This document shows, piece by piece, positions 36,981 to 46,941 of a stretch of DNA of 64,000 nucleotides. Each line of letters starts with the position of its first letter. Position 1 is the stretch's first letter. Both the position numbers and the translations under genes were made by a program. Source of the stretch: an uncultured Chlamydiales bacterium (GTDB lineage: Bacteria > Chlamydiota > Chlamydiia > Chlamydiales > JAAKFR01). The notes under the pieces are model-generated. The model did not search any database and was not told the DNA's origin. It worked only from the letters and a program-made list of their open reading frames with translations. The DNA lies in assembly GCA_963699155.1 (NCBI GenBank), contig OY969414.1, positions 1,899,757-1,963,756 of the forward strand, read 5' to 3'.

Positions 36981-38362
36981 TAGTTTAATTCTCTTACGTG
37001 GTTGGCCCCTAAAACAGGGGCTATTTTTTGACGGAGCGGCTCACTAATCTGACGATAGAGCACCTTTGAATCATTGATGTAATAGTGACTGGTGGAGAAG
37101 AGTTCTGCGAGCTCTTTAGGTTTTTTTATCAGCTCATCCCATGGGAAATGAGCCAAGGAACCTACCATTTTGACGGTGTGCCTACGCAAGGCCCCTCCTA
37201 TATCTTCCATCGCAAGGAAGGCACTCCAGGGAAATTTGTCACTATTAAAATGATGAGTACAGTAACCGAGATGCCTGGCCTCCAAGTGAGGAGCAACGAT
37301 GATCAAGTTGTCGACGGAAAGATCTCGGAACAATTCCTGTGTCTTTTTATCACTCCAATCATCGGAGCGATCTCCGGGCTGAAAGAGACTTTTTATTTCT
37401 TTCTCGAAGGAGACAAACTCTTTCCAGGGAAAATGGGGCAGAGAAGTCACTTTGAGAAAACGAAGTTCATATCCGATGTTCGGTTGATCAAGAAACGGGG
37501 GCCAGGGAAATTGGGCATGCTGGAGATTGCTCTCTCCCATTAAGGAAAGATGTCCTACCCTCATTTGCGGAGCCAAAGCAGTTATTCCATCGATCTTGAG
37601 GAGTTGCAAAATGGTCGCTGTTCTTACTTTATCAGTCTCACCGAGAGGGAGAAGCTCTTCGACCTCTTCAGGATGTTCTGCCAACTCGTCCAAGGGCAAA
37701 TGATCTAGGCCGATGACTTGAAGAGTGCGCAATTCTCGTCCGATACCGGGGAGATTAAAAAAATGGCTCCAAGGGAAGGTGGCCTCTCTGCGTACTACCA
37801 GAGGGATCTGTTCTAAATGATCGACAGTGAGATGGGGAGCCACTTTTCCAAAAACTTCTAAATCCTCGATCTGCTCAAAGAGTTCTACAGTTACACGTAG
37901 TTCCCGAGTCTCTCGCCTTTCTCCCTTTGCTAAGGTGAAGAGATCCCCAACCTCGCCCCCATTGGCGGCTAAACCTTGCCAAATGTCTTCATATGGCAGA
38001 GGTTGTGGCCCAGCATAGAGAGGTGGCGGAAACTGCACAGGAGGTGGCGGAACAAAGAAAGGTTGGGGCTGAATGTATTCTTCACTCTCCTCCTCCTGCA
38101 CCTCTTTCCGCTGTAAAAGGCGATAGTGGCAATAGCGCATTGTGGAGACCACAAAGAGAATCAGTAACCCCACTCCGCCACCAGCCGTCAGCGAGATATT
38201 CCCAATCATCCCCATATTCTTAAATACTGAGATGCTGAGGAAACCTAACACCCCGAGTGCCACCGCTGTCACAGCCAGAAGGCCTGCCGCTGTCGATAAG
38301 GAAATAGATTTGCAACTCCAGTAGCTCTTCCCCAAACCCGATAAAGAAACTTCTGATGACAT
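36980..38362 (-). CDS. Inc-like protein with C-terminal FPW repeats, paralog 2
   Basis: MSSEVS..SYWSCK N-terminus; three repeat units. Confidence 0.75.
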   Translation of the reverse strand: MSSEVSLSGLGKSYWSCKSISLSTAAGLLAVTAVALGVLGFLSISVFKNMGMIGNISLTAGGGVGLLILFVVSTMRYCHYRLLQRKEVQEEESEEYIQPQPFFVPPPPVQFPPPLYAGPQPLPYEDIWQGLAANGGEVGDLFTLAKGERRETRELRVTVELFEQIEDLEVFGKVAPHLTVDHLEQIPLVVRREATFPWSHFFNLPGIGRELRTLQVIGLDHLPLDELAEHPEEVEELLPLGETDKVRTATILQLLKIDGITALAPQMRVGHLSLMGESNLQHAQFPWPPFLDQPNIGYELRFLKVTSLPHFPWKEFVSFEKEIKSLFQPGDRSDDWSDKKTQELFRDLSVDNLIIVAPHLEARHLGYCTHHFNSDKFPWSAFLAMEDIGGALRRHTVKMVGSLAHFPWDELIKKPKELAELFSTSHYYINDSKVLYRQISEPLRQKIAPVLGANHVRELN

Positions 38363-38377
38363 AGGCTATCCCTCGTT

Positions 38378-40303
38378 TTAGGTTGAAATCAGGCTTTTGT
38401 GATCGGGTGTTAATTTGTCAGCAAGGAGAGCGAGGGCTGGCTTCTTGAGCTGATTCAGGAGACGTGTCGTGCGCACCTTCTCATGACCCTCCTTGTTGCC
38501 CAAGCAGAAAAGAGCCTCTGCCTCAGATTGTGGAAGCTTATCCCAAGGAATGGCTTCGTAAGAGATATCTCCACTTTTACGGAAATAGTTGCCAATCCCA
38601 GGGCGCCCTAAAAAGTCATCCCAAGGAAATGCTTTGTCGTGAAAGAGCTCCTTCGGGATCAAAGAAAGATGGCCAATGGTCAGCACATCAAATAGCTTCT
38701 TAACTGCCCTGGCATTCAGTTTCTTGTAAGCCCTTAGTCTGTAATCTATATCCCAATCACTCTCATCACCTTTGAGCAGTGGAAATAAGGCTTTCGCCTC
38801 TTCAGGATTTAAAAGTTCCCAAGGAATCGTTTCAGGAAACGTAGAAATTTCTTTACGGTCTCTAAGGGCGATACCGATTCCCGGCTTTTGCAGAAAGTCT
38901 GACCAGGGGAATTTTTCGTCTGATAGAATTTCTTTTGACCATGGGAGATCTTCAGCTCTCAAAATGGCGACTAATTTGAGGATACTCGTGAGGTTTAAGT
39001 GGCCAACAAAAGTGAACACTCTTCCAAGCAAGACTTTAGCTTCTTCTGGGTAGTCTGCCATGAGGTTATAGGGCAAACTGTCTGGGAGGTCCTCTCTCTT
39101 GGAACAGAGAGCAGCAGCAGCGCCAATTCCTTTCTTGGCAAGCCAAACCGGCCACTCAAATTGGGGACTTTGCAAAATGGGTTTAGGGAGATATTCCAAA
39201 AATCTGGCGGCTAAGCGCGGTGCGATCTGATTAATTTTTTCGATGGAAACATCTTTGAAAATCTTTGTTCCAAAATAGAAATCTAACCCTTCTACTTGTT
39301 CCCAAGGGAATTTTTCATCCCAAAAAAGTTCGATGGGCAGAAGCGTTATTCGGTCATCACCCAATTTACCAATATGCGGAATCACTTGCTTAGCCATTGC
39401 CTCCACTCTCGATCTGTTAAATAGAGTTGCCCCATTGTTATTTCTAGTATAATGGTGGGAAGGATCTATCTTCGGCAAAAGGGGGCTTATGGAGCTTTGA
39501 TCTGTAGAAGGATCGGCCATTAAAGTGGCGATTTGATCACTCGTCAGTAATCCCTTTACATTTTGAGAAAGAGGCTCTACATCTTTCAGCGCAAGCATTT
39601 TCTGGCGCAGCTCACCGAGAGTTCCTTTTTGGGGATGGCGCACTACTTTCTTCAATATATCTAAACGCATATAGAGAACATCCATGACGCCAGGTCTATA
39701 ATCATCAATTTCTTTCAGAGGAATCGCCAAGAGCTGCTCATCGCTCATCAAATAGAGACGTGCCTGTAAGAGAGCATCCGTTGCTTCTTGTGCTCGAACG
39801 ACCTCTGCTTCAGATGTGTAAATGGTCATTCTGTAGTTCAGATAGGGAGTCTTTTGAAAACGTCGTTGCAGATCCGCTTCATAATCCCTGATCCCGAGCT
39901 CTTGAGCTGCTTGTTCCCAAGGTCCTAATGGTTTAGGGGGAGCAGGAGCAGGCGAAAAAGAGGGGGCGCTAGGCCTGATAGGAACCACAACGGCGGGTGA
40001 TGCGCTGCTCGGAATCACCACCGGTTGATGGACTAAAGGCGGCCCTGCGCTTTCTATTTTTTCTACATTTTTGGATCGGCAGTAGCGGATGACAGAGATA
40101 AGCGCTAAAATCACCAAAAGAGCTCCACCGCCACCTGACAAAGCGACACCGCCAATAAACCCAGCCCCTTGAAGAGTCACCCCCATGAGATTTAACACAC
40201 CGAGGACGACCGCAGTCACAGCAACTGTCCCAACGACTGCTGAAAGGCTGATGCATTTCGGGGTCCAATAAGAAGAGTGGTTGAGACTAACTTCTGAAGC
40301 CAT
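38378..40303 (-). CDS. Inc-like protein with C-terminal FPW repeats, paralog 1
   Basis: MASEVS..SYWTPK, bilobed TM, Pro-rich linker, repeats. Confidence 0.75.
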   Translation of the reverse strand: MASEVSLNHSSYWTPKCISLSAVVGTVAVTAVVLGVLNLMGVTLQGAGFIGGVALSGGGGALLVILALISVIRYCRSKNVEKIESAGPPLVHQPVVIPSSASPAVVVPIRPSAPSFSPAPAPPKPLGPWEQAAQELGIRDYEADLQRRFQKTPYLNYRMTIYTSEAEVVRAQEATDALLQARLYLMSDEQLLAIPLKEIDDYRPGVMDVLYMRLDILKKVVRHPQKGTLGELRQKMLALKDVEPLSQNVKGLLTSDQIATLMADPSTDQSSISPLLPKIDPSHHYTRNNNGATLFNRSRVEAMAKQVIPHIGKLGDDRITLLPIELFWDEKFPWEQVEGLDFYFGTKIFKDVSIEKINQIAPRLAARFLEYLPKPILQSPQFEWPVWLAKKGIGAAAALCSKREDLPDSLPYNLMADYPEEAKVLLGRVFTFVGHLNLTSILKLVAILRAEDLPWSKEILSDEKFPWSDFLQKPGIGIALRDRKEISTFPETIPWELLNPEEAKALFPLLKGDESDWDIDYRLRAYKKLNARAVKKLFDVLTIGHLSLIPKELFHDKAFPWDDFLGRPGIGNYFRKSGDISYEAIPWDKLPQSEAEALFCLGNKEGHEKVRTTRLLNQLKKPALALLADKLTPDHKSLIST

Positions 40304-40371
40304 AAGATCCTTTTTTTAAATAAGTATACCAGAGAACTGTAAATTATAAATTAAGAAAGGTTCAAGAAAAT

Positions 40372-41627
40372 GGTAACACCTGGGAAAAGCTGGACCCCTC
40401 AAAATTAGAACACTTAAGTTGCATGGGAACCGTCTCTTTTGAAAGGCTAAAGGAAAAAATTTTCGGGATTAAGAGAATAACGGGATTATAAGACTTTATT
40501 GAAAAATTGAGCCCGCATAAGCTGTCTTATCTTGTAAACTTAAGAGAGGTCATATGGGGCTCAGCACATATAGTATGATGATGAAAGGAACACCGCAAGA
40601 ATATCTTTTTCAATTTAAGAAGCAGGTTGTTAAAAGTGCTCAAGCAGAAGGAATTAAGCCTGCGATGAGAAGGTGGGGCTTAGGTAGAAATACCATCCGA
40701 CGTTGGTTGAGAAACTTTGAAGCGGAAGGGAATAAAGGTCTTTATGACAAAAGAAAAGGCCCTAACCATATTCCCCACAAGATTTCCCCAGAGCTAGAGA
40801 AGAAAATTATCCAAGCCCGCCACGAAGTGCCTTGTTATGGCCCCAGAAGATTGAAGTATTTTTTCAATATAGAGTGCTCATTAGATGCTATCTACAGGGT
40901 GCTTAAACAAAACGGTCTCACTGTCAAGAGACGCAAAAAATATCAAAAGAAGAACGATTTGAGAGAGGCTAAAGCAAAGTATCAGGCTTTTGGTCATATG
41001 CAAATGGATTTAAAGTATTTAAGGGATATTCCTAACTACTGGGGACAACTTAAACCTTTAAAGCTTCCACGTTTTCAATACACTGTGAGAGATACCAAAT
41101 CAGGTATGCTCTTTCTAGGCTTTTCGGATGAGCTTTCAGAACTTAATGCGAGAACGATGATCGATTATGTGTTAAGACGCTTACGCTCACAAATGCCCGA
41201 TAAAAAGATCATTGTGCAAACAGATAATGGTGTGGAATTTGGAGGAACAACAAGACATTTTGAGAAATCTCCCTTTTGCCAAGCTGTGCAGGCCCATGGC
41301 GGAGAGCATCTCTTCATTCCTCCGAAGCTGTGCAATGCAAATGGCGATGTGGAAAGTCTCCACAACCTTATTGAGACAGAGTTTTTTGATATTGCTAAAT
41401 TTGAATCTAGGGAAGATTTTATCCGAAAAGCTGAGAGCTACCGACTCTTTTTCAATTTAGAAAGGCCTAATAGCTATAAAGGAGGCAAAACACCCTGGCT
41501 GATTGCCCAGCAGGACTGGGCAGATAATGATCTAGCTAGTTATGCTGCAATAATAGAAACCGTCGATTTAGATAAAATGACCGTAACTGGTTATTCTAAG
41601 CGGGGTCCAGGTCTACCCAATTCTCCC
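40372..41627 (+). mobile_element. IS481-like insertion sequence (exact ends uncertain)
   Basis: Imperfect IR cores TGGGAAAAGCTGGACCCC (40381-40398) and GGGGTCCAGGTCTACCCA (41602-41619) around a single transposase. No clear TSD. Confidence 0.7.
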
Positions 41628-41687
41628 GAAACACCGACCCCAGTAAGTGATCAGAAACTGGAGGCGTGGGTATCGAAGCGTCATTGA
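40554..41687 (+). CDS. DDE transposase (HTH + integrase core)
   Basis: QMDLK, QTDNGVEF, NGDVESLH. Confidence 0.9.
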   Translation: MGLSTYSMMMKGTPQEYLFQFKKQVVKSAQAEGIKPAMRRWGLGRNTIRRWLRNFEAEGNKGLYDKRKGPNHIPHKISPELEKKIIQARHEVPCYGPRRLKYFFNIECSLDAIYRVLKQNGLTVKRRKKYQKKNDLREAKAKYQAFGHMQMDLKYLRDIPNYWGQLKPLKLPRFQYTVRDTKSGMLFLGFSDELSELNARTMIDYVLRRLRSQMPDKKIIVQTDNGVEFGGTTRHFEKSPFCQAVQAHGGEHLFIPPKLCNANGDVESLHNLIETEFFDIAKFESREDFIRKAESYRLFFNLERPNSYKGGKTPWLIAQQDWADNDLASYAAIIETVDLDKMTVTGYSKRGPGLPNSPETPTPVSDQKLEAWVSKRH

Positions 41688-41836
41688 TATACTAGAGATC
41701 TCTACCAATTCTTAAGCTACTTGCTCTTGTTTTGGGGGCTGTTGATGGCGTCATCGCCTCTATAAATTTTTAAACAACTCTATTGTCATTTAAGATTATT
41801 AGTATTATAATTTGACATCTTTAATTAGGATTAAAA

Positions 41837-42364
41837 ATGGCCTTTAGAATAGTCGGAAGTGCTACATCCCCCGAGACAAGCATTTCGTTGAGCACTTCTC
41901 CATTGCCACCCGAGGAGCTCATCGAAGATCTTTGGGATTATTTTCATACGATGCCGCTTTATGAATGCGACCGTTCGCCCAGGTTTTGGAGAAGCTTTGA
42001 TGAGAAGAGTTTGGCATTAGAATGGCCACTCCTTCCGCAACGCTCTCCTGAGCCGATCAGAAGAGCGCCTTCCCCTGAGGTCGAACAAACTCGATTCGCT
42101 CTACAAAAATCGGTTCCAGAAGAAAAACAATGGAAATGTCCTATTTCAGGTTGTTGGTCTAGTCAGAAAGCCAAGGCGACTTCTTTTACCCGCAGGCATG
42201 AACTTAAAAAGCATCTAATTAAGAAACACTCTCCTTTGGATTCAAGAATTATCGAGCTTTTTTTTAAGCAACCACGCTTCCCCTGTCCCGTAGCAGGCTG
42301 CACATCAGGCTTTTCAAGAAAAAATGATTTAAACCAACACCTCAAAAAGAAACATCTCGACTAA
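41837..42364 (+). CDS. C2H2 zinc-finger protein (two fingers)
   Basis: WKCPISGC...FTRRHELKKHLIKKH and FPCPVAGCTSGFSRKNDLNQHLKKKH. Confidence 0.8.
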   Translation: MAFRIVGSATSPETSISLSTSPLPPEELIEDLWDYFHTMPLYECDRSPRFWRSFDEKSLALEWPLLPQRSPEPIRRAPSPEVEQTRFALQKSVPEEKQWKCPISGCWSSQKAKATSFTRRHELKKHLIKKHSPLDSRIIELFFKQPRFPCPVAGCTSGFSRKNDLNQHLKKKHLD

Positions 42365-42378
42365 GCAAAGTCCTACTC

Positions 42379-42855
42379 TCACGAAGATCTTTTGGGGCTA
42401 AAGAGATGATTCTGGGCGGTGTAGAGAATGGCGATGAGGAGAATGATCGAGGGAATGATGAGATCGCCGAGATAGAGAAAGCGGCCGCTCGCCATTTCGA
42501 CGAAATGGGCATAGGCGATTCCAAAGAAAAAAAGGGTACTGACAAGGGCAGTGGCTAGCCAAAAACCCTTTTTGAACCAGATTGTGAGAAGGCCGACGAT
42601 GCCGAGAGCTAGATTGGCCATTGCGATCTCTGTTTGATAAGGGTTATCGGGAGGCCAACCGTTCAGGGCCGCGATCTTAGGACCATAAAAAAAGTGGCCG
42701 ATGAAGGCTAAAATAGCTGTAATCCCGACATTCAACGGGAGAAGATAACCTAAAAGCACTTTCGTGACTTCTTGAAAGGTGGCTCTCTTTTTAGAAAGGA
42801 TCAAATGGGTTACTGCTGCGAGAATTGCAATAATAAATAGAATTAATGGGTACAT
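42379..42855 (-). CDS. Small integral membrane protein
   Basis: About five hydrophobic helices, with GH.F...IA..NGW...PYQ.EIA.ANLALG motif. Confidence 0.7.
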   Translation of the reverse strand: MYPLILFIIAILAAVTHLILSKKRATFQEVTKVLLGYLLPLNVGITAILAFIGHFFYGPKIAALNGWPPDNPYQTEIAMANLALGIVGLLTIWFKKGFWLATALVSTLFFFGIAYAHFVEMASGRFLYLGDLIIPSIILLIAILYTAQNHLFSPKRSS

Positions 42856-42915
42856 ATAATTTTATTATGAAAGAACTTCTCGCAAAAGTCGACAAAATCT
42901 TAGCTCGACTTTATT

Positions 42916-44217
42916 TCACTCATTGAGAATCGCCTCTAAAATGCAATCGCGGGTGTAGAGGAGATGCTCTTCGGTGTGGGCCATCGAAACGAAATTGGCT
43001 TCGAATTGCGAGGGGGCCAGATAGATCCCTTTTTGGAAGAGACTCTGGAAGAAGCGGTTAAATCGAGAGATGTCGCATCTTTTGACATCGTCAAAATGGC
43101 GCACTTCACGCATCCCAAAATAGAGGGTAAAGAGAGAGCCTACTTGATGGAGGCAGAGATTGAGTCCATGGCGGTCGATTGACTGTTGGAGCGGATCTGT
43201 GATCAGCCGCGTCTTCTCTTCGAGGGTTTGATAAAAATGGGGCGCAGTGCAGAGTTTGACTGAGTGATAACCAGCCTCCATAGCAACGGGATTCCCGGAG
43301 AGGGTCCCCGCTTGGTAGACCGGCCCGAGAGGAGCAAGCCTATCCATGATCTCCGCTCTTCCACCAAAAGCGGCGGCAGGAAAGCCCCCGCCGATAATCT
43401 TTCCATAGCAGGCTAGATCGGGCGTGATGCCGAAGTATTCTGCCGCCCCGCCGAGAGCCAAGCGAAAGCCAGTGATCACCTCATCAAAGATCAGTAGGGC
43501 CCCGCAGCGGGCCGTCTCCTCTCTTAACATCGATAGAAAGTCATGTGAGGGCTCTACAAGCCCCATGTTAGCTGCAATGGGCTCTAAGATCACAGCAGCG
43601 ATTTGGGCGCCTCTCTCCCGTAATGTCTTCCTGCAAAGATCGATCTCGTTATAGGGAAGGCAGAGGGTCTGTTTGACAGCCTCTAGAGGCACGCCTGCAG
43701 AGGAAGAGGTGGGGGTGAGCGTAGAAACGCCCGAGCCAGCCTGCACTAAAAAGGGGTCACTGTGGCCATGGTAATTCCCAGAAAATTTGATGAAAAGCTC
43801 TCTCCCCGTATAGCCTCGAGCCAGCCGGATCGCCGTCATGGTGGCCTCAGTGCCCGAGGAGACAAAACGGATTTTCTCAATTCCAGGGAGATGCTCGACC
43901 AAGAGCTCGGCAACCTGCGCCTCGATCGCTGTCGTGATGCCAAAAGAGCTTCCCAGAGCCATCCTCCGAGCCGCTCCCTCGATGATCAGGGGGTGGGCGT
44001 GGCCATGTATCAAAGCTCCCCACGAGCCGCAGTAGTCGATGTAGGGGTTTCCATCGACATCGAAAACAAGGTCCCCCTTCCCTGATGCTGCTACTAAAGG
44101 GGTCTGATTGAGACCAGGGAATGAGCGGACGGGGGAGTTCACCCCTCCCGGTATGACCTGGCACGACCTCTGATAGATCCGTGCACTTTCATCACGCGCT
44201 AACTCTTTGGTTTTCAT
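42916..44217 (-). CDS. hemL: Glutamate-1-semialdehyde 2,1-aminomutase
   Basis: PGGVNSPVR, SGTEATM, FDEVITGFR, GKIIGGG. Confidence 0.96.
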   Translation of the reverse strand: MKTKELARDESARIYQRSCQVIPGGVNSPVRSFPGLNQTPLVAASGKGDLVFDVDGNPYIDYCGSWGALIHGHAHPLIIEGAARRMALGSSFGITTAIEAQVAELLVEHLPGIEKIRFVSSGTEATMTAIRLARGYTGRELFIKFSGNYHGHSDPFLVQAGSGVSTLTPTSSSAGVPLEAVKQTLCLPYNEIDLCRKTLRERGAQIAAVILEPIAANMGLVEPSHDFLSMLREETARCGALLIFDEVITGFRLALGGAAEYFGITPDLACYGKIIGGGFPAAAFGGRAEIMDRLAPLGPVYQAGTLSGNPVAMEAGYHSVKLCTAPHFYQTLEEKTRLITDPLQQSIDRHGLNLCLHQVGSLFTLYFGMREVRHFDDVKRCDISRFNRFFQSLFQKGIYLAPSQFEANFVSMAHTEEHLLYTRDCILEAILNE

Positions 44218-44327
44218 TTTTCCAGCCAACAAATCAAGGCGATCCTATCCCATCTCCAACAAAATGTAAAGCCGGCGCGGTTCGGCAGAGCCACATTTGA
44301 GCGCCCCATTGATCAAATCGGCGCCAT

Positions 44328-44590
44328 GAGGCTGTGAAAAAATCGATCAATTAGGCCCGTCGCTGTGACACTCGGGCGCTACGCGCCGGCCCCGCACTGC
44401 TTGGGCCTGGTTAACACCTGAGTCAGTGAAAGCCTCTCAGGTTACATCTTACGTGACTAATGCCTCGCCGCTCTTGCCTGCGAACGGGGCGCTACGCAGC
44501 CTCGGTCACAGGCGCGTGAGAAAGGCGCCGAAGGTCGCTCGCGGCCCGAAGAGGGCCGCGAGCGACCTTCGGCGCCCCACCCGCGCCTGC
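44328..44590. repeat. Dispersed copy of the 19.5-kb repeat element with a perfect 24-bp hairpin
   Basis: 44328-44375 matches the reverse complement of 19527-19574 at 45/48. Hairpin GGCGCCGAAGGTCGCTCGCGGCCC-GAAGA-reverse complement at 44524-44576. Confidence 0.9.
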
Positions 44591-44624
44591 AAGGCTAAAA
44601 ACCGTTTTTTCTCAATGCATTGCG

Positions 44625-45125
44625 TTAAAACTGGGTGATGTCGGGGAGGGGGTAGCGCTCGTTGTCAGGGAGCATGCTGTTGAGCTTTTCGATGAGGGCT
44701 GCAAACTCGGAGACGCCCTCCTTGGCCGAGAGGGAGACGCCGACCTGCTCCCAGAGTTTCAGCGAATCGCTGAAGAGGAGGGACTCTTCTTGGAGGGAGA
44801 GGTGATTGGCTTTGAGCTCCTGGTTGAGATAGTGTTCGAAGGCGACGATATCCCCCTTGACCAAGTTGACCGCGGAATCGGCTACCAGGACAGGGTAAGG
44901 GGTTTTGATCAGATGGTTGAATTTCTCGATGAGCTGGTTGAGTTGAAGGGAGGCAGCGAGAGGGCCTAGCTCGTCAGCCGTTAGCTGAACGAGGAGGGTG
45001 TAGGCCTCTTCTCGATACTTCTCAATCTCCTGAGAGAGCTTTCTCTGATTCTCCCCTATGATGTTGAGGAACATGATGAAAGTCGAGATGGAATAGGTGG
45101 CTTTTTCTTTGTTGAGAACTGACAT
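44625..45125 (-). CDS. Hypothetical protein (166 aa, helical)
   Basis: ORF fills the intergenic space; no domain recognised. Confidence 0.6.
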   Translation of the reverse strand: MSVLNKEKATYSISTFIMFLNIIGENQRKLSQEIEKYREEAYTLLVQLTADELGPLAASLQLNQLIEKFNHLIKTPYPVLVADSAVNLVKGDIVAFEHYLNQELKANHLSLQEESLLFSDSLKLWEQVGVSLSAKEGVSEFAALIEKLNSMLPDNERYPLPDITQF

Positions 45126-45192
45126 AACTCTAGTTTAGGGGATGGGAAAAAAATGAGAAAGCGCAAAAAAAGTTTTCGCAGTATCCTTCTCT

Positions 45193-46941
45193 GTGATGCG
45201 CAAGATGTTGATCCTGATCTTTCTCCTTTTCAACCTCGGGCAGACTCTCCTCGCCTATCAGGTCATTTTTGAAGGAGTAGAATCAAAAGAGATCAGAGAG
45301 GTCATCTCTTCTATCTCTAAACTCGACACTGAGCAGGACCGTGCTCCCCCCACCTTCTTCACTCTGAAAAAACGGGCAGAAGGGGATAAAAAAAATATCA
45401 TCAAAGCTCTCCACGCTTTTGGCTTTTATGAGGGTGAGATCCATCTTCTCTACCACGGAGAGTTCCCCCAAGTGACTGTCAGGGTCCAGATTTTCTTAGG
45501 AGATCAATATTTTTTTAATGGGCTGAATGTGATCGATGATCAGGGGGTTCCTTTTATGATAAGGGAGAGCCCCCTCGCCCTAGAAATGGGCCTTCCAGCC
45601 CGCTCTGACGTGATTCTGGATACTGAAGAAGAGATTGTCGATCAGCTTGCTGCGTGTGGATATCCAATGGCCTCTATTCTCAACAGAGAGGTGGTCGTCG
45701 ACCAGGCCTGCAAGGGTGTCTCTGTGAATTACATCATCCAACCTGGCCCCCTGGCCTATTTTGGCAATCTCTCTCTCCTGGGATTAAGAAAAGTCAGACC
45801 TGGCTATATTGAGAGGCGGATCGTCTGGGATAAAGGGGAACTTTTTAACCCTGAACCCCTCGCCCTGACTGAGAGCTATCTGCAAGAATCGGGTCTCTTC
45901 ACCTATGTCGTCGTGCGCCCGGCAGATGAGCTCGAGCCAGATGGTAGCTTGCCAATTTTGATCCAAGTCGAGGAAAAAAGGTTCCGTCATATCGGTTTGG
46001 GGGTCAGCTATAGCACTGATGAATCCTTTGGAGGAGTGGCTCAGTGGGGCCATGATAACTTTACTGGCTGGGGAGATGCCTTCTCCGCCGTCGCTGAGTA
46101 CTCTGGAGTGGTGAAACGGGCCACTCTTTTTTATGGCCTTCCCGATTTTTGGAGACGCAATCAAGATCTTCTTTTTAGTACAGAAATACGCCGCGAAGAT
46201 ACCCCCGGCTTTATCGAACGAGAGGCGAGCTTCCTGGTAAGATTGAGCCGAAAGGTCACCGACCTTTTTTCTTACAACTTTGGAGCGCGCTTTGAAAAGC
46301 TGTTGAGCACTAAATCGGACCATGACGCCAACTTCAACTTACTCAGCGCCCCCTTCCAAGCCCGCTGGGACACCTCCAATCGGCTCCTCAACCCCACTTC
46401 AGGAACTGTGATTGCCTATTTTGGAACCCCCTATCAAGCACTCTTCAACTCCTCTATCTTTTTTTACCGCCAGGAGGCCTTTCTCACGACCTACCACCCA
46501 ATCGTCTCTTCAGGTCGATTTGTCTTTGCCTTTTCGGCCCAATTGGGATCGATTGCCTTTCAGCCTCTCTTTGGTGTGCCGGCACCCAAAAGGTTCTACG
46601 CAGGCTCGTCGACCACTTTGCGTGGCTATAAATATTTAACAGTGAGCCCTCTTGAGGGGAAAAGACCGATCGGTGGCCGTTCGATCATGGTCTACTCTGT
46701 GGAAGCGCGCATCCGTTTCTTATGGGAATGTCTCTATCTAGCTGCCTTTTTTGACACGGGGAATGTCTACAAAAATCCCTTTCCCCATCTGAATGAAAAA
46801 GTGTTAAACTCTACTGGTTTCGGGATCCGCTACTTTACCCCATTAGGCCCGTTTCGGGTCGACATCGCCTTCCCTCTCAATAGGCGGAAAGGCATTGACA
46901 GATCGTTTCAAATCTATGCAAGTGTAGGACAGACGTTCTGA
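45193..46941 (+). CDS. tamA: Translocation and assembly module outer-membrane subunit TamA
   Basis: Signal peptide, POTRA, RFYAG..LRGY, GIRYFTPLGPFRVDIA, ends GQTF. Confidence 0.85.
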   Translation: MMRKMLILIFLLFNLGQTLLAYQVIFEGVESKEIREVISSISKLDTEQDRAPPTFFTLKKRAEGDKKNIIKALHAFGFYEGEIHLLYHGEFPQVTVRVQIFLGDQYFFNGLNVIDDQGVPFMIRESPLALEMGLPARSDVILDTEEEIVDQLAACGYPMASILNREVVVDQACKGVSVNYIIQPGPLAYFGNLSLLGLRKVRPGYIERRIVWDKGELFNPEPLALTESYLQESGLFTYVVVRPADELEPDGSLPILIQVEEKRFRHIGLGVSYSTDESFGGVAQWGHDNFTGWGDAFSAVAEYSGVVKRATLFYGLPDFWRRNQDLLFSTEIRREDTPGFIEREASFLVRLSRKVTDLFSYNFGARFEKLLSTKSDHDANFNLLSAPFQARWDTSNRLLNPTSGTVIAYFGTPYQALFNSSIFFYRQEAFLTTYHPIVSSGRFVFAFSAQLGSIAFQPLFGVPAPKRFYAGSSTTLRGYKYLTVSPLEGKRPIGGRSIMVYSVEARIRFLWECLYLAAFFDTGNVYKNPFPHLNEKVLNSTGFGIRYFTPLGPFRVDIAFPLNRRKGIDRSFQIYASVGQTF

